IMG/VR virus record: IMGVR_UViG_3300048503_000180
Span: 15,123 to 79,122 of that record
Length of the DNA stretch: 64,000 bases
Origin: a virus
Reading direction: 5' to 3' (one strand)
Shown here: positions 50,028 through 60,156 of the stretch, one piece after another
Layout of the letters: the number at the start of each line of letters is the position of its first letter
Position numbering within the stretch: the stretch's first letter is position 1
Notes under the pieces: generated by a model
Database searches by the model: none
Seen by the model: only the letters and a program-made list of their open reading frames with translations
Told to the model about the DNA's origin: nothing
Program-made: the position numbers and the translations under genes

Positions 50028-50522
50028 ATGCCAGTAATGAGCCAGCGGGCGTACTCCCGACAGCGCGGAGTCTCGGCGAGCACCGTCCAGAAGGCAATCG
50101 CGTCTGGTCGCATCCACACCTTGCCCAACGGCCAGATCGATTCCGAGATTGCCGACGCGGAGTGGGCGCGCAACACCCAAACCCAAGCGCCACCCGTGGA
50201 CCGGCGCGGCCAGCAACCAGAAGACGACGCGGAGGTTTTTGGCGCGTCGCAGTACACGAAGGCGCGGGCGGTGCGCGAACACTACCAGGCGCGCCTCGCC
50301 AAGATCGATTACGAGGAACGGATCGCGAAGCTCGTCTCGGGCGAAGAGGTCCAGGTCGCCGCCTTCAATAAGTTCCGGCAGTTCCGCGACGCGATGATCA
50401 ACCTCCCCGACCGTCTGGCGGCGATGCTTGCCGCCGAAACCGTAGAGACCACGGTGCATGCGCTCCTCACGAATGAGATCCGGAAGGCCCTGAATGATTT
50501 TGCCGACGAATCTAACGGCTGA
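50028..50522 (+). CDS. terS: Terminase small subunit (Nu1-like)
   Basis: N-terminal HTH (SQRAYSRQRGVS..VQKAI..GRI) and coiled coil; overlaps the terL start. Confidence 0.75.
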   Translation: MPVMSQRAYSRQRGVSASTVQKAIASGRIHTLPNGQIDSEIADAEWARNTQTQAPPVDRRGQQPEDDAEVFGASQYTKARAVREHYQARLAKIDYEERIAKLVSGEEVQVAAFNKFRQFRDAMINLPDRLAAMLAAETVETTVHALLTNEIRKALNDFADESNG

Positions 50523-52413
50523 AGAGATCTACTCGGCAGCGGCGGCGGCTGGTGCGCGGCCCGACCCGCTGCTCACTATCTCGCAGTGGGCCGACCGCTA
50601 CCGCTGGCTCTCGCAACGCGCGTCCGCTGAGCACGGTCGCTGGCGCACGGAGCGGACACCCTACTTGCGCGAGATCATGGACTGCCTCTCGCCGTCGTCG
50701 CACGTCGAGCGCACGGTGTTCATGAAGGGCGCGCAGATCGGCGGCACGGAGTGCGGCAACAACTGGATGGGCTACATCATCCACCAGGCGCCGGGGCCGA
50801 TGATGGCGGTGCAGCCCACCGTCGAGATGGCGAAGCGCAACTCGAAGCAGCGCATCGATCCGCTGATCGAGGAGTCGGAGGTTCTGCGGAAGCTCGTCCG
50901 CGATCCGCGGTCGCGCGATTCGGGCAACACGGTTCTGTCGAAGGATTTTCCGGGGGGCGTGCTGGTGATGACCGGTGCGAACAGCGCGGTCGGCCTGCGG
51001 TCGATGGCGGCGCGATATCTGTTCCTCGACGAGGTGGACGCTTACCCAGGTGATGTGGAGGGCGAGGGCGACCCGATCACGCTGGCGATGGCGCGCACGC
51101 GGACGTTCGCGCGCCGCAAGGTGTTTCTGGTTTCGACGCCGAAGATCACCGGCATGAGCCGGATCGAGTCGGCGTATGAGGAGAGCGACCAGCGTAAGTA
51201 CTGGGTGCCGTGTCCGACGTGCCGCGAGTTCCAGATTCTGAAGTTCGCGCAACTGCGGTGGCCAAAGGGCGATCCGCAGAGTGCGGTTTACGTCTGCGAG
51301 CACTGCGGCCAGGAGATTCGCAACCACCAGAAGCACTCCATGCTGGCGCGCGGCGAGTGGCGGGCCGGCGCGAAAGGCGATGGTAGGACGGCGGGATTCC
51401 ATATTTCCAGCCTGTACAGTCCGGTCGGTTGGTTCTCGTGGGGCGACGCCGCCAAGCAGTTCGAGCAGGCGCAGAAAAACCCGGCGCTGCTTCAGGTCTT
51501 CGTCAACACCGTGCTGGGCGAAACGTGGACGCTGCTCGGCGAAGCGCCGGAGTGGCAGAAACTTTATGACCGGCGCGAGTCGTACAAGATCGGCACCGTG
51601 CCGCCTGGTGGGCTGTTCCTTACGGCTGGCGCGGATGTCCAGAAGGACCGCATCGAGGTCGAGATTACCGCGTGGGGCCGGGGCAAGGAATCGTGGTCGG
51701 TCGATTACCGGGTGCTCGAAGGGGACACGTCGCGACCACAGGTTTGGGAGAAGCTAACCGCGCTCTTGAGTGAGACGTTCCCGACGGCGTCCGGTCTGGA
51801 GTTGCAGATCCTGCAACTCGCCGTGGATTCGGGCTTCGCCACCATCGAGGTGTACCAGTGGGCGCGACGGCAAGGCGGGCGCGTGCTGGTAATCAAAGGC
51901 GATTCGCGGGCGCCCGCCCTCATTGGGTCGGCGTCTCCGGTGGAGGTGGGGCCGGCGGGCGCGAAGCTGAAACGCGGCGTCCGAGTCTGGCCGGTCAATT
52001 CCGGCATGGCCAAGGAGGAACTGTACCGTTGGCTTCGGCTCGACCGGCCCACCGATGAGGATCTCGCGAAGGGGATTCCCTTTCCTCCGGGATATTGTCA
52101 CCTCCCGCGCTATAGCGAGGAGTACTTCAAGCAGATCACCGCCGAGCAGTTGGTGACGAAGATCGTCAAAGGCTATCGCCGGCACGAGTGGCAGAAGATG
52201 CGCGAGCGCAATGAGGCGCTCGATTGTCGCGTGTATGCGCGCGCGGCGGCTGGACGGGTCGGCATCGACCGTTTTCAGGAGAAGCACTGGGGCGACCTCG
52301 AACGCCGGGTGGGCGCGCCTCCGGTGCAGGAAGTGAAACAACCGCAGCAACAGCAGCGCACGGATGGCAGGCAGACCGCGCGTAACCGCGTGCGCTTCAG
52401 GATGGATCTCTAA
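50494..52413 (+). CDS. terL: Terminase large subunit, lambda GpA family
   Basis: RTPYLREIMD, KGAQIGGTE, LFLDEVD, STP, VPCPTC..CEHC, GADVQKDR, AVDSG, NEALDCRVYA. Confidence 0.95.
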   Translation: MILPTNLTAEEIYSAAAAAGARPDPLLTISQWADRYRWLSQRASAEHGRWRTERTPYLREIMDCLSPSSHVERTVFMKGAQIGGTECGNNWMGYIIHQAPGPMMAVQPTVEMAKRNSKQRIDPLIEESEVLRKLVRDPRSRDSGNTVLSKDFPGGVLVMTGANSAVGLRSMAARYLFLDEVDAYPGDVEGEGDPITLAMARTRTFARRKVFLVSTPKITGMSRIESAYEESDQRKYWVPCPTCREFQILKFAQLRWPKGDPQSAVYVCEHCGQEIRNHQKHSMLARGEWRAGAKGDGRTAGFHISSLYSPVGWFSWGDAAKQFEQAQKNPALLQVFVNTVLGETWTLLGEAPEWQKLYDRRESYKIGTVPPGGLFLTAGADVQKDRIEVEITAWGRGKESWSVDYRVLEGDTSRPQVWEKLTALLSETFPTASGLELQILQLAVDSGFATIEVYQWARRQGGRVLVIKGDSRAPALIGSASPVEVGPAGAKLKRGVRVWPVNSGMAKEELYRWLRLDRPTDEDLAKGIPFPPGYCHLPRYSEEYFKQITAEQLVTKIVKGYRRHEWQKMRERNEALDCRVYARAAAGRVGIDRFQEKHWGDLERRVGAPPVQEVKQPQQQQRTDGRQTARNRVRFRMDL

Positions 52414-52478
52414 TGCCGCGCACGAGGGTGCCCCGTGGCCGGGTTCGTTTCTAAGGTGGAGATATAGGTGGAATCCAG

Positions 52479-52676
52479 CTACTTGTCTTGCTTCTTGCCG
52501 TTCGTCTCCAGGAAGGCGGCGAATTCCTTCAAGGACACACCATACCAAACCTTGGCATTCGAGGGTGCCCATAACACCCCACTGGGTTTCACGCGAATGT
52601 GGCCGACCACCTTGCTGGCCTCATCCACGATTTCAAAATCCTCGAACTTACGCGGGCGAAAGCTGTTCACGGCCAT
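52479..52676 (-). CDS. Small antisense moron, 65 aa
   Basis: GAGAGGA RBS; lower GC; opposite strand between terL and gpW. Confidence 0.65.
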   Translation of the reverse strand: MAVNSFRPRKFEDFEIVDEASKVVGHIRVKPSGVLWAPSNAKVWYGVSLKEFAAFLETNGKKQDK

Positions 52677-52830
52677 TGCGACTATATCCTCTCGTGTTTC
52701 AGCTTGATGCTACGACGGCCCAAGCCACTGATTTCATGAACGAAAGTTCATAGTACATCACTTTGTGACTTTGCACGCAGGGCGCAGCTTTCCAGGCGAT
52801 CAAGGGTCCCGATAAGGAGTCCGACCAGGT

Positions 52831-53043
52831 ATGCCGTTCACGCAGTCCGATCTCGATGCTCTCGACGCCGCGCGGAAGCAGGGCGCGAGGCGAGTCCGGT
52901 TTCAGGATCGCGAGTTCGAATTCGATTCCGTGGATGACTATTTGAAACTCCGGAACCTGATCCTCAATGACGTCGCCCAGCAGTCCGGGCCGCAGCAAGT
53001 GCGCCAGGTGCGCATCTACACGACAAACGGGTGGGGCCACTAA
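52831..53043 (+). CDS. gpW-like head completion protein
   Basis: FTQSDLDALDAA..GARRVRF.DREFEF.SVDD; between terL and portal. Confidence 0.8.
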   Translation: MPFTQSDLDALDAARKQGARRVRFQDREFEFDSVDDYLKLRNLILNDVAQQSGPQQVRQVRIYTTNGWGH

Positions 53044-53049
53044 ATCGCC

Positions 53050-54648
53050 GTGCCAATTGAAACGTTGATGACGCTCGCGCGCCAAGCCGGGCACGAGCCG
53101 ATGCCGATCCCGCGCGTGCCGCGCACCCGCGCCATGGGGACATTTCCGTTCGATGCCGCCGGTCGCGGGCGTCGGGGAATGGGATGGAATCCGCCGTCCC
53201 TCGGCCTCAACACACTTCTGTTTTCGCATGGCCTGGAGTTGCAGGCGCGCAACCGGGACGCGGTCCGAAACAGCGCGTGGGCGGCGGCGGCCGTCGATTC
53301 CTACGTCGCCAACGCCATTGGGCGCGGCATTCGCCTAGTGCCGCACCATCCGGACGATAAGATCCGCGACCTGATCACCAGGAAGTGGAATCGATGGATA
53401 CGCGAGTGCGACGTCGAGTACGACCCGCGGAATCCTGCATCTGGCCAGACGGATTTCTACGGCCAGCAGATGGTGATTGCGCGCGAAGTCATGGAGGCGG
53501 GTGAGTGCTTCGTCAGGTTCCGGCCGCGTTCTGTTAAGGAAGGGCTTACGGTTCCGCTCCAACTCCAGTTGATCGAGGCAGAGCAGTTACCGTTGTGGCG
53601 GACGGCTGTCGAGCGGATGCCGCCGAACAACTCAGTGCGGTGCGGCATCGAGTTTCAGACCGATGGGCGGCGCGCAGCGTACCACTTTTGGAAGGCACAT
53701 CCGGGTGAGACGATGTTTTTCCCGATGGACGCTCTCTCGGTGGAGCGGGTGCCCGCCACCGACGTGTTGCACGTCTACAAGCCGATTCGCGCGGGCCAGT
53801 TCCGGGGGCAGCCGTGGCTCACATCGGTGATCGCGAAGCTCTACGAACTGGAGCAATACACAGACGCCGAGATCGTCCGCAAGAAGCTCGCGGCGATGAT
53901 CACCGGGTTCATCACGCAGGCCAGCCCGGACAATCCGATCATCCCTCCGGACCAATACCAGAACGGACCGAACCAGACGGAGCCGGGGACACAGATCAGC
54001 AAACTCGAACCTGGCACGTTCCAGGTTCTGAACTTCGGCGAAGAAGTGCAGTTTGCCGAGGCCAAGGACAGCGGCGATTTCAAATCGTTCATCCGAACGT
54101 GCCTGCAAGCCTTTTCGAGTGGCGCAGGGCTTGCCGAGTACCAGATCAGCGGTGACCTGTCGGGGATCAACTACTCTTCAATCCGCGCCGGCCTGCTGGA
54201 GTTCCGCCGCAAGTGCGAGCAGTATCAACATTCGGTCTTCATCTTCCAGGTCTGCCACCCGGTTTATAAGCGCTGGCTGCGCGAGGCGATGCTGGCGCTG
54301 GTGTTCGGCATTGATCTACTGAACGCGTACAGCAAAGATCCTGAGCCATTCGAAGAAGTGCAGTGGGTGACGCCCGGCTGGCCGTGGGTTGACCCGGAGA
54401 AAGACATCAAGGCTTCCAACGACGCCATCCGCAGTGGCCTGTCTACGCGTTCCACCGAGGTGGCGGCACAAGGGCGCGATGCCGGGGCCGTAGATGCGGA
54501 GCAGGCAGCGGACAACAAGCGCGCCGACAAGCTTGGGCTGTCCTACGACAGCGATGGCCGGAAGGTCCTGACCGGGCGCAACGCCGGATTGACGGAAGCC
54601 GAGATCCAGCAGGACGCGAGCAAGGGAGAGGTGGACGTGAAGCCATGA
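53050..54648 (+). CDS. Portal protein, lambda family
   Basis: DFYGQQ..EAGECFVR, LQLQLIEAEQL, VLHVY..RAGQFRG.PW, NYSSIRAGLLE, WVDPEKD. Confidence 0.95.
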   Translation: MPIETLMTLARQAGHEPMPIPRVPRTRAMGTFPFDAAGRGRRGMGWNPPSLGLNTLLFSHGLELQARNRDAVRNSAWAAAAVDSYVANAIGRGIRLVPHHPDDKIRDLITRKWNRWIRECDVEYDPRNPASGQTDFYGQQMVIAREVMEAGECFVRFRPRSVKEGLTVPLQLQLIEAEQLPLWRTAVERMPPNNSVRCGIEFQTDGRRAAYHFWKAHPGETMFFPMDALSVERVPATDVLHVYKPIRAGQFRGQPWLTSVIAKLYELEQYTDAEIVRKKLAAMITGFITQASPDNPIIPPDQYQNGPNQTEPGTQISKLEPGTFQVLNFGEEVQFAEAKDSGDFKSFIRTCLQAFSSGAGLAEYQISGDLSGINYSSIRAGLLEFRRKCEQYQHSVFIFQVCHPVYKRWLREAMLALVFGIDLLNAYSKDPEPFEEVQWVTPGWPWVDPEKDIKASNDAIRSGLSTRSTEVAAQGRDAGAVDAEQAADNKRADKLGLSYDSDGRKVLTGRNAGLTEAEIQQDASKGEVDVKP

Positions 54649-56318
54649 GGGATCTGACTCGTGTTGCATCGCGGTTTGTGAACACGCCGCTCATGATTCA
54701 CCCGCCCAAGCTGGACGTGATCGTCCAGGCGCTGGGGCCACGGCTGGGGATAATGCCGGTGGCCGGCGTGAAGCCCGCGGAACCGTTCGCCGCGGCGTAC
54801 ATGGAGCAGGCCGACGACAGCGGCTACCAGGTGATCGACGGCGTGGCGATCATTCCGATCCAGGGCGTGCTGACGAAAGCGGAATCCTGGGTTTCGGCGC
54901 TGAGTGGTTGCAGCTCCTATGCGCAGATCGGCGGCTACCTTCAGGATGCGGTGAACGACGCCGGAGTGCGGGCGATTCTGTTGCAGGTTGATTCGCCGGG
55001 CGGCGAGACCACGGGCTGCCTGGAACTGTCCGACTACATCTACTCGATTCGCGGCGCGAAGCCGATCTATGCGGTCGCCGACGACTTCGCATTCTCGGCG
55101 GCCTACGCTCTTACCAGCGCCGCCGACAAGATCTTCGTCACGCGCATGGGAGCGGTCGGGTCCGTCGGCGTGGTGGTGCTGCATACCGAGGATTCGAAGT
55201 TCAACGACGAGCAGGGGTTCAAGTACACCTACGTCTTCAAAGGCGACAGGAAGGTCGATGGGAACCCGCATGAACCGCTTTCGGAGAGGGCCGAGAAAGA
55301 CATCCAGTCCGAGATCGACCGGCAGTTCGAGCAGTTCGTAGCAACGGTCGCGCGGAACCGGAAGGCCGACGCAGAAAAGATCATCGCGACACAGGCTGGC
55401 GTGTACTGGTCGGAGAATGCCGTTCCGCTCCTGGCCGACGAAGTCGGAACGCTGGGCGATGCCATGAACGCGCTTCGTCAACTGCTCGGCGAGCCTGTCC
55501 AGAGTTCAACGGCGGCGATTGCCGCAAGATCCACAACCAAGGAGGTTACAGCAAGTATGCCCAACGAAACGCTCACAATCGCCGCCGAGGGTAAGAAGCC
55601 GGGCGACGGTGGCGGCGACGAGAAGACCAACACCGAACCGAAGTACTGCCACGCGTGCGGAACCAAGCTCCACGCAGACGCAACGTTCTGCCATGCCTGC
55701 GGCACGAAGGCCGAAGGCGAGGCGTCCGGTAAGTTCTGCCACGCCTGCGGTGCCGAGCTGCGCAAAGGCGCGGAGTACTGCCATGCCTGCGGCGAAGGCG
55801 CTAAGAGCGACGCCAAGAAACCGGAGGGCATGGCTCCGCTCGCCGGCGTCGCTGCCTTGGCTGGCGTGCCGCTCAGGATGCGTCCGGAAGGCGACATCGA
55901 AGCCATCGGCGCGCTGTGCAAGATGGCCGGTTGTCCCGACAAGGCCGCGGAGTTCCTCACCAAGAAGAAGTCCACGGGCCAATACTTCAGCGTGGCGGAA
56001 ATCAGCGAAGAGCTGACAGCCGCCCGCGTGATGGAAAGCGAGAGGAGCATGATTACTTCGCACGTCAATCCCAACCAGGGCGCGGTTGGCTCGCTTCAGG
56101 AGATTGAAGCGCAAGCCACCAGCTACGCCCGCCAGAATCGCGGCAAAGAGACTCCGAATCTTTACGCCGAAAGCGGTACCACCAAGCTGACCAAGGAGCG
56201 CGCCTACGCCCTCATGCTCGAAGAGCATCCCGAGGTTTACGGCGCGTTCGTGGCGCAGCACAACGCGAAGGGCTTGATCGCCACGCTCGAGCGGGCTGGC
56301 GTTCGCCTTGCCCGGTAG
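54645..56318 (+). CDS. S49 prohead protease / scaffold with four CHACG zinc-ribbon motifs
   Basis: VDSPGG, AFSAAYAL (Ser), GSVGV, GDRKVDGNP (Lys); [FY]CHACG x4. Confidence 0.9.
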   Translation: MRDLTRVASRFVNTPLMIHPPKLDVIVQALGPRLGIMPVAGVKPAEPFAAAYMEQADDSGYQVIDGVAIIPIQGVLTKAESWVSALSGCSSYAQIGGYLQDAVNDAGVRAILLQVDSPGGETTGCLELSDYIYSIRGAKPIYAVADDFAFSAAYALTSAADKIFVTRMGAVGSVGVVVLHTEDSKFNDEQGFKYTYVFKGDRKVDGNPHEPLSERAEKDIQSEIDRQFEQFVATVARNRKADAEKIIATQAGVYWSENAVPLLADEVGTLGDAMNALRQLLGEPVQSSTAAIAARSTTKEVTASMPNETLTIAAEGKKPGDGGGDEKTNTEPKYCHACGTKLHADATFCHACGTKAEGEASGKFCHACGAELRKGAEYCHACGEGAKSDAKKPEGMAPLAGVAALAGVPLRMRPEGDIEAIGALCKMAGCPDKAAEFLTKKKSTGQYFSVAEISEELTAARVMESERSMITSHVNPNQGAVGSLQEIEAQATSYARQNRGKETPNLYAESGTTKLTKERAYALMLEEHPEVYGAFVAQHNAKGLIATLERAGVRLAR

Positions 56319-56339
56319 GGCGAAAGGAGACCAAAAGAC

Positions 56340-56723
56340 ATGGCATTCGAACAGACATTACGCACGGTAGGACTTCCGGCGGCGGCGGACCTCACGAGTG
56401 GCGGAACTGTGAATCCGCAGTTCTACTTCGTGACCGTCAACGCGTCCGGGCAGATCAATTTCACGGGCGCGGGGGCCGTCGCCGATGGCGTGGTCCAGGA
56501 CAAGCCCAACGCGCAGGGGGTCGAAGGGGAGGTCGCCATCCACGGCATCACCAAGCTGGTGACTGGGGCTGCGGTCAACAACGGCGACCCGCTCATGGCC
56601 AACGCCAGCGGCCAGGCGATCACTGCAACCACCACCAATTTCGTGCGGGCGCGCGCACTGGCAGCATCGGGCGGCGCTGGCGTGATCATTCCCGCGCTGC
56701 TTCTCGGCCCGTACAAGATGTAG
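56340..56723 (+). CDS. DUF2190-like capsid cement/decoration protein
   Basis: AAADL..QFYFV..GVVQDKP..VAIHGITK..GAAV..GDPL..NASGQAI; just before the capsid gene. Confidence 0.7.
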   Translation: MAFEQTLRTVGLPAAADLTSGGTVNPQFYFVTVNASGQINFTGAGAVADGVVQDKPNAQGVEGEVAIHGITKLVTGAAVNNGDPLMANASGQAITATTTNFVRARALAASGGAGVIIPALLLGPYKM

Positions 56724-56749
56724 CCGTTCATCAATAGGAGAAATCACAA

Positions 56750-57763
56750 ATGCCTCAGCCAACACTACAAGACGTTCACGTCAACCGACCGCTGACGAAC
56801 ATCTCCGTGGCCTACCTTCAGGAGGCCGCCGGAGTCGAGTTCGTCGCGGACAAGGCCTTTCCGGCGGTACCGGTCGAAAACAAAAGCGACCTGTACTACA
56901 CCTACGCGCGGGCGGATTTCAACCGCGACGAGATGCAAAAGCGCGCGCTTTCCGCTGAATCCGCCGGGACGGGTTACAACCTGAATTCCACCGGCACGTA
57001 CAACTGCGACGTCTGGTCGCTGCACAAGGATGTGGATGACCAGATCCGCTCCAACAGCGACTCGCCGCTCGCCCCCGACCGCGACGCCACCATCTTCCTC
57101 ACCCAGAAGGCGCTGATCCGGCGTGAGAACCAGTGGGTCTCGAAGTTCTTCGGCACCGGGATCTGGACCAACCAGGCCAGTGGCCAGGCGACCGCGGACT
57201 CCACGCACGTCGTCTACTGGGACTCCGGGAACTATCCGAACGGCAACCCCATCACGGACATTCGCCACGCGAAGACCCAGATGCGGCTGTCGAGCGGCGG
57301 CTTCGCGCCGAACATCTTCGTGGTGAGCCGCCCGGTATTCGACAAGCTCGTCGATCACCCCGACTTCATCGACCGCACCAAGTACGGCCAGACCGCGCCG
57401 AACCCGGCAGTGGCCACCCGTCAGATCATGGCCGAGATTCTCGAACTCGAAGAGGTCCTGGTCATCGACGCCGTCTACAACACGGCGGCGGAAGGCGCGG
57501 CCGAATCCAACTCGTTCATCGGCGGCCTGAGCGCGGCGCTGTTTTACCGCCCGAAGAACGCGGGCTTGATGACTCCCAGCGCTGGGTACGTCTTCAACTG
57601 GACGGGCCTGATCGGAACCACCGGCGGCGCCGGCGTCCGCATCAAGACTTTCCGCATGGAGCACCTGGCTTCGGATCGCGTGGAGATCGACTCGGCGTTC
57701 GATATGCGCCTGGTCTCTGCGGATCTCGGGTTCTACTTCAACAACGTGATCTCGGCGGTGTAG
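56750..57763 (+). CDS. Major capsid protein (HK97 fold, gpE-like)
   Basis: 337 aa after protease and cement; V.RPLTNISVAY..ADKAFP.VPV. Confidence 0.85.
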   Translation: MPQPTLQDVHVNRPLTNISVAYLQEAAGVEFVADKAFPAVPVENKSDLYYTYARADFNRDEMQKRALSAESAGTGYNLNSTGTYNCDVWSLHKDVDDQIRSNSDSPLAPDRDATIFLTQKALIRRENQWVSKFFGTGIWTNQASGQATADSTHVVYWDSGNYPNGNPITDIRHAKTQMRLSSGGFAPNIFVVSRPVFDKLVDHPDFIDRTKYGQTAPNPAVATRQIMAEILELEEVLVIDAVYNTAAEGAAESNSFIGGLSAALFYRPKNAGLMTPSAGYVFNWTGLIGTTGGAGVRIKTFRMEHLASDRVEIDSAFDMRLVSADLGFYFNNVISAV

Positions 57764-57765
57764 CC

Positions 57766-58056
57766 ATGATGCTTCGTCGTGAATCGTGGGCGCGGCTGAC
57801 CAGGAGCCTGGTTCCGCCGCTGTACGTCCTGCGGCCGTTGCAGGGCTTTACGCCGTCAGACATCGGCGATGAGTATCCCGCTCCCGATGCCACAAACAAG
57901 GTCCAGTTGACGCGCGCGCGGCAGCTTTACGAACAACGCCGGATCGGGACGCAGGCAGAAGCGGAGCGGGCGTTCTCCAAGCTTCCCAAACAAGAACCGG
58001 CTAAACCCGGAAAGGAGAAGAGGCATGGCAATCAAAGTGGAAAAAACGCCCATTAA
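57766..58056 (+). CDS. Hypothetical head-associated protein, 96 aa
   Basis: ATG 3 nt after the capsid stop. Confidence 0.6.
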   Translation: MMLRRESWARLTRSLVPPLYVLRPLQGFTPSDIGDEYPAPDATNKVQLTRARQLYEQRRIGTQAEAERAFSKLPKQEPAKPGKEKRHGNQSGKNAH

Positions 58057-58333
58057 CGCTCCGGAGTTTCAGAGCGCGGGCCCGCAGCCAAACTTCAAGG
58101 GCAGCTACCCATCGAAGCAGAAGCAGTTCTTGTCGGCAGTGCAAACCGGCAATGGCGCGCAGCAGAGCATCGCGCACGGGTTGGGGGTGGTGCCTGCGGG
58201 CGTGCTGGTCTCCTGCGCCGACAACAGCGGGAGTGCCAACGTCTTCACGGTGACCGAGGGTACGCACGACGCCACCAACGTGAAGGTAACCGTAACCACC
58301 AGCGCGAAATACAAGATCCTGGCTTGGCTCTGA
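58025..58333 (+). CDS. Hypothetical structural protein, 102 aa
   Basis: GGAG RBS; IAHGLGVVP motif like fibre/decoration beta domains. Confidence 0.6.
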   Translation: MAIKVEKTPINAPEFQSAGPQPNFKGSYPSKQKQFLSAVQTGNGAQQSIAHGLGVVPAGVLVSCADNSGSANVFTVTEGTHDATNVKVTVTTSAKYKILAWL

Positions 58334-58338
58334 TTCCG

Positions 58339-58665
58339 ATGAAAGCAAAATCGTTCGGCAAAATCTCCGTCCCGACGCCCGGCACGCCAGTTCCGGTTAG
58401 CGCTGACACGAACCTGCGTGTCGAACGGATGCGCTTCGCGGCGGCCATCGGCGATACGGGCCGCGTGTTCCTCGGCGTCTCCGGCATGAACAAGGCGAAC
58501 GGCGCGGGCGTGGTCAAAGAGTTCTGGCCCACTGGCGCTGGCGGCGGCGTCGCGGATGCTTACGAGATCTGGGCGGAAGACGCGCGCCACCTGCTGTTGC
58601 CATCCGATTACTACGTCGATGCCAACAACGCGGGCGAAGGACTGATCGTCGCCTACTGGACGTGA
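58339..58665 (+). CDS. Hypothetical structural protein, 108 aa
   Basis: Tightly packed in the morphogenesis operon. Confidence 0.6.
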   Translation: MKAKSFGKISVPTPGTPVPVSADTNLRVERMRFAAAIGDTGRVFLGVSGMNKANGAGVVKEFWPTGAGGGVADAYEIWAEDARHLLLPSDYYVDANNAGEGLIVAYWT

Positions 58666-58666
58666 A

Positions 58667-58993
58667 ATGCCGAACTGGCCCAACATTGAAGCGTTCGTGG
58701 ACGGCGTCATTTCGCAGACGTTCGGCGAGCCGGTTGTGTACCAACCGGTGCAGGCGGGCGCAGCGCAGGGAAGCGCGTTCACGGTGACGGCGGTGCGCCA
58801 TCTGCGCGTGCGCGAGGAGTCCGGCGCGATGGCGAACTTCGAAGAGATCTCTGTCAATCCGTCCAACTTTGCAAACCCGCCGGCAAAGGGCGATTGGGTG
58901 ACCGCGTGGGGTGCGCAGTACGTGGTGACGACGGTGCGGCAGCCGGATGCTTACGGCATGCTCAACCTGGCACTGCTGCAGCGCGCGAGTTGA
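58667..58993 (+). CDS. Head-tail joining protein (gpFII-like)
   Basis: FGEPVVYQP..PAKGDWV..G.QYVV..QPD..GM..L.L pattern and position. Confidence 0.7.
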   Translation: MPNWPNIEAFVDGVISQTFGEPVVYQPVQAGAAQGSAFTVTAVRHLRVREESGAMANFEEISVNPSNFANPPAKGDWVTAWGAQYVVTTVRQPDAYGMLNLALLQRAS

Positions 58994-59000
58994 CGGTTCC

Positions 59001-59504
59001 GTGATCAATCCGAAAACAATACTTGGCGAGTGGGTGACTGCGCTCCAGTCCTGCCCGGACTTGGTCGATGCGCTGGGCGGCGGCGGCGACAACATCCGCG
59101 CATTCATGGAAGGGCTGGCTACCGACAACAATCTTCGACTGGCCATCCTACAGATGCCGCCCGGCTCGATTCTGGTTGCCTGGAATGGCACCACGCCGCG
59201 GCGTCTCACTGGCGGATCACTGCACTTCGCGCATCGCTTCTCGATCTACTTGCGGGCGCCGGAACAGAATTCCACCGCGACGTATGCCGATCTGTTCTGG
59301 CTGCTGGTGAGCGCAATACCAACGGGTGCTCCATCTTGGGCGTCGCTTCTGCATTTCCAGATCGATCCCGACTGCTACCCGATGGACATGGATCTGCCCT
59401 CCGCGCAGCGAAACACGGTTGTGGTGAGCGCGGACGGGGCGACCCTCGATTACTTCGAGGTGCAAGCAACGCTCATGGAGCAAGGCAATCCCGGCGGGGA
59501 ATGA
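59001..59504 (+). CDS. Tail terminator-like protein
   Basis: Position before the tail tube gene; about 167 aa. Confidence 0.5.
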   Translation: MINPKTILGEWVTALQSCPDLVDALGGGGDNIRAFMEGLATDNNLRLAILQMPPGSILVAWNGTTPRRLTGGSLHFAHRFSIYLRAPEQNSTATYADLFWLLVSAIPTGAPSWASLLHFQIDPDCYPMDMDLPSAQRNTVVVSADGATLDYFEVQATLMEQGNPGGE

Positions 59505-59511
59505 GGACAAC

Positions 59512-59667
59512 ATGGAAACGGTTTTTATGAGATCGCCGGATGGCGAAGTGAAGGAAGTCGAGGCGACCGCGGAAGCACTTTCACCTTTGATGAGCAGCGG
59601 ATGGCATCAGGTTCCCGCGCCAGCGGCGGCGCAGAAGCCGGTAGTTGTGGCTGAGGAGGAAAAGTAG
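59512..59667 (+). CDS. Small hypothetical protein, 51 aa (METVFMRSPDGEVKEVEA..)
   Basis: GAGG RBS; open frame read by hand; stop 1 nt before the tail tube ATG. Confidence 0.55.
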   Translation: METVFMRSPDGEVKEVEATAEALSPLMSSGWHQVPAPAAAQKPVVVAEEEK

Positions 59668-59871
59668 CATGGCGAACATCAGTGAATTGCTGAACGGTTG
59701 GGGATTCGGCAAACAGACTGCCATCGGAACGGCGAATCTGGTAGCCACCATCTGGCGTCACACGAATCTCAATACCAAACCGTGGGCGAAGGTTGTAATG
59801 GACCCCAAAACTTGGACACAAAAATGGCCTTTTCTTAGATGGTGGGCGGCATTGAAAATGAAGGAGAGTCG

Positions 59872-60156
59872 ATGCCACGAACGCGTAAGAGTCACCCGCC
59901 GAGCCTGAAGGCCAGGGTCGCCGTCGAGGCCATCAAGGGGCACAGAACAACCGCCCAGATCGCACAGATGTTCGGCGTCCACCCGACCCAGGTCGGAGGC
60001 TGGAAGAAACAGGCGTTGGCCGGTTTGCCCGACGTCTTCGGCAACGGCCGCGAGCAGATGCGCCAGCAGGCCGACGCCGAAAAGGACGATCTCTACAAGC
60101 AGATCGGCCAAATGAAGGTGGAGCTGGACTTTTTAAAAAAAAGGAACTGGCCTTAG
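59872..60156 (+). CDS. IS3 OrfA (HTH)
   Basis: RKSH..LKARVAVEAIKG..TTAQIA..GVHP.QV..WKK. Confidence 0.9.
   Translation: MPRTRKSHPPSLKARVAVEAIKGHRTTAQIAQMFGVHPTQVGGWKKQALAGLPDVFGNGREQMRQQADAEKDDLYKQIGQMKVELDFLKKRNWP

Noticed and set aside
49372-50193. 374-aa minus-strand ORF 49069-50193
   Set aside because: Spans DUF3489 out of frame and a terminator; only the last 100 codons with their own RBS look coding.
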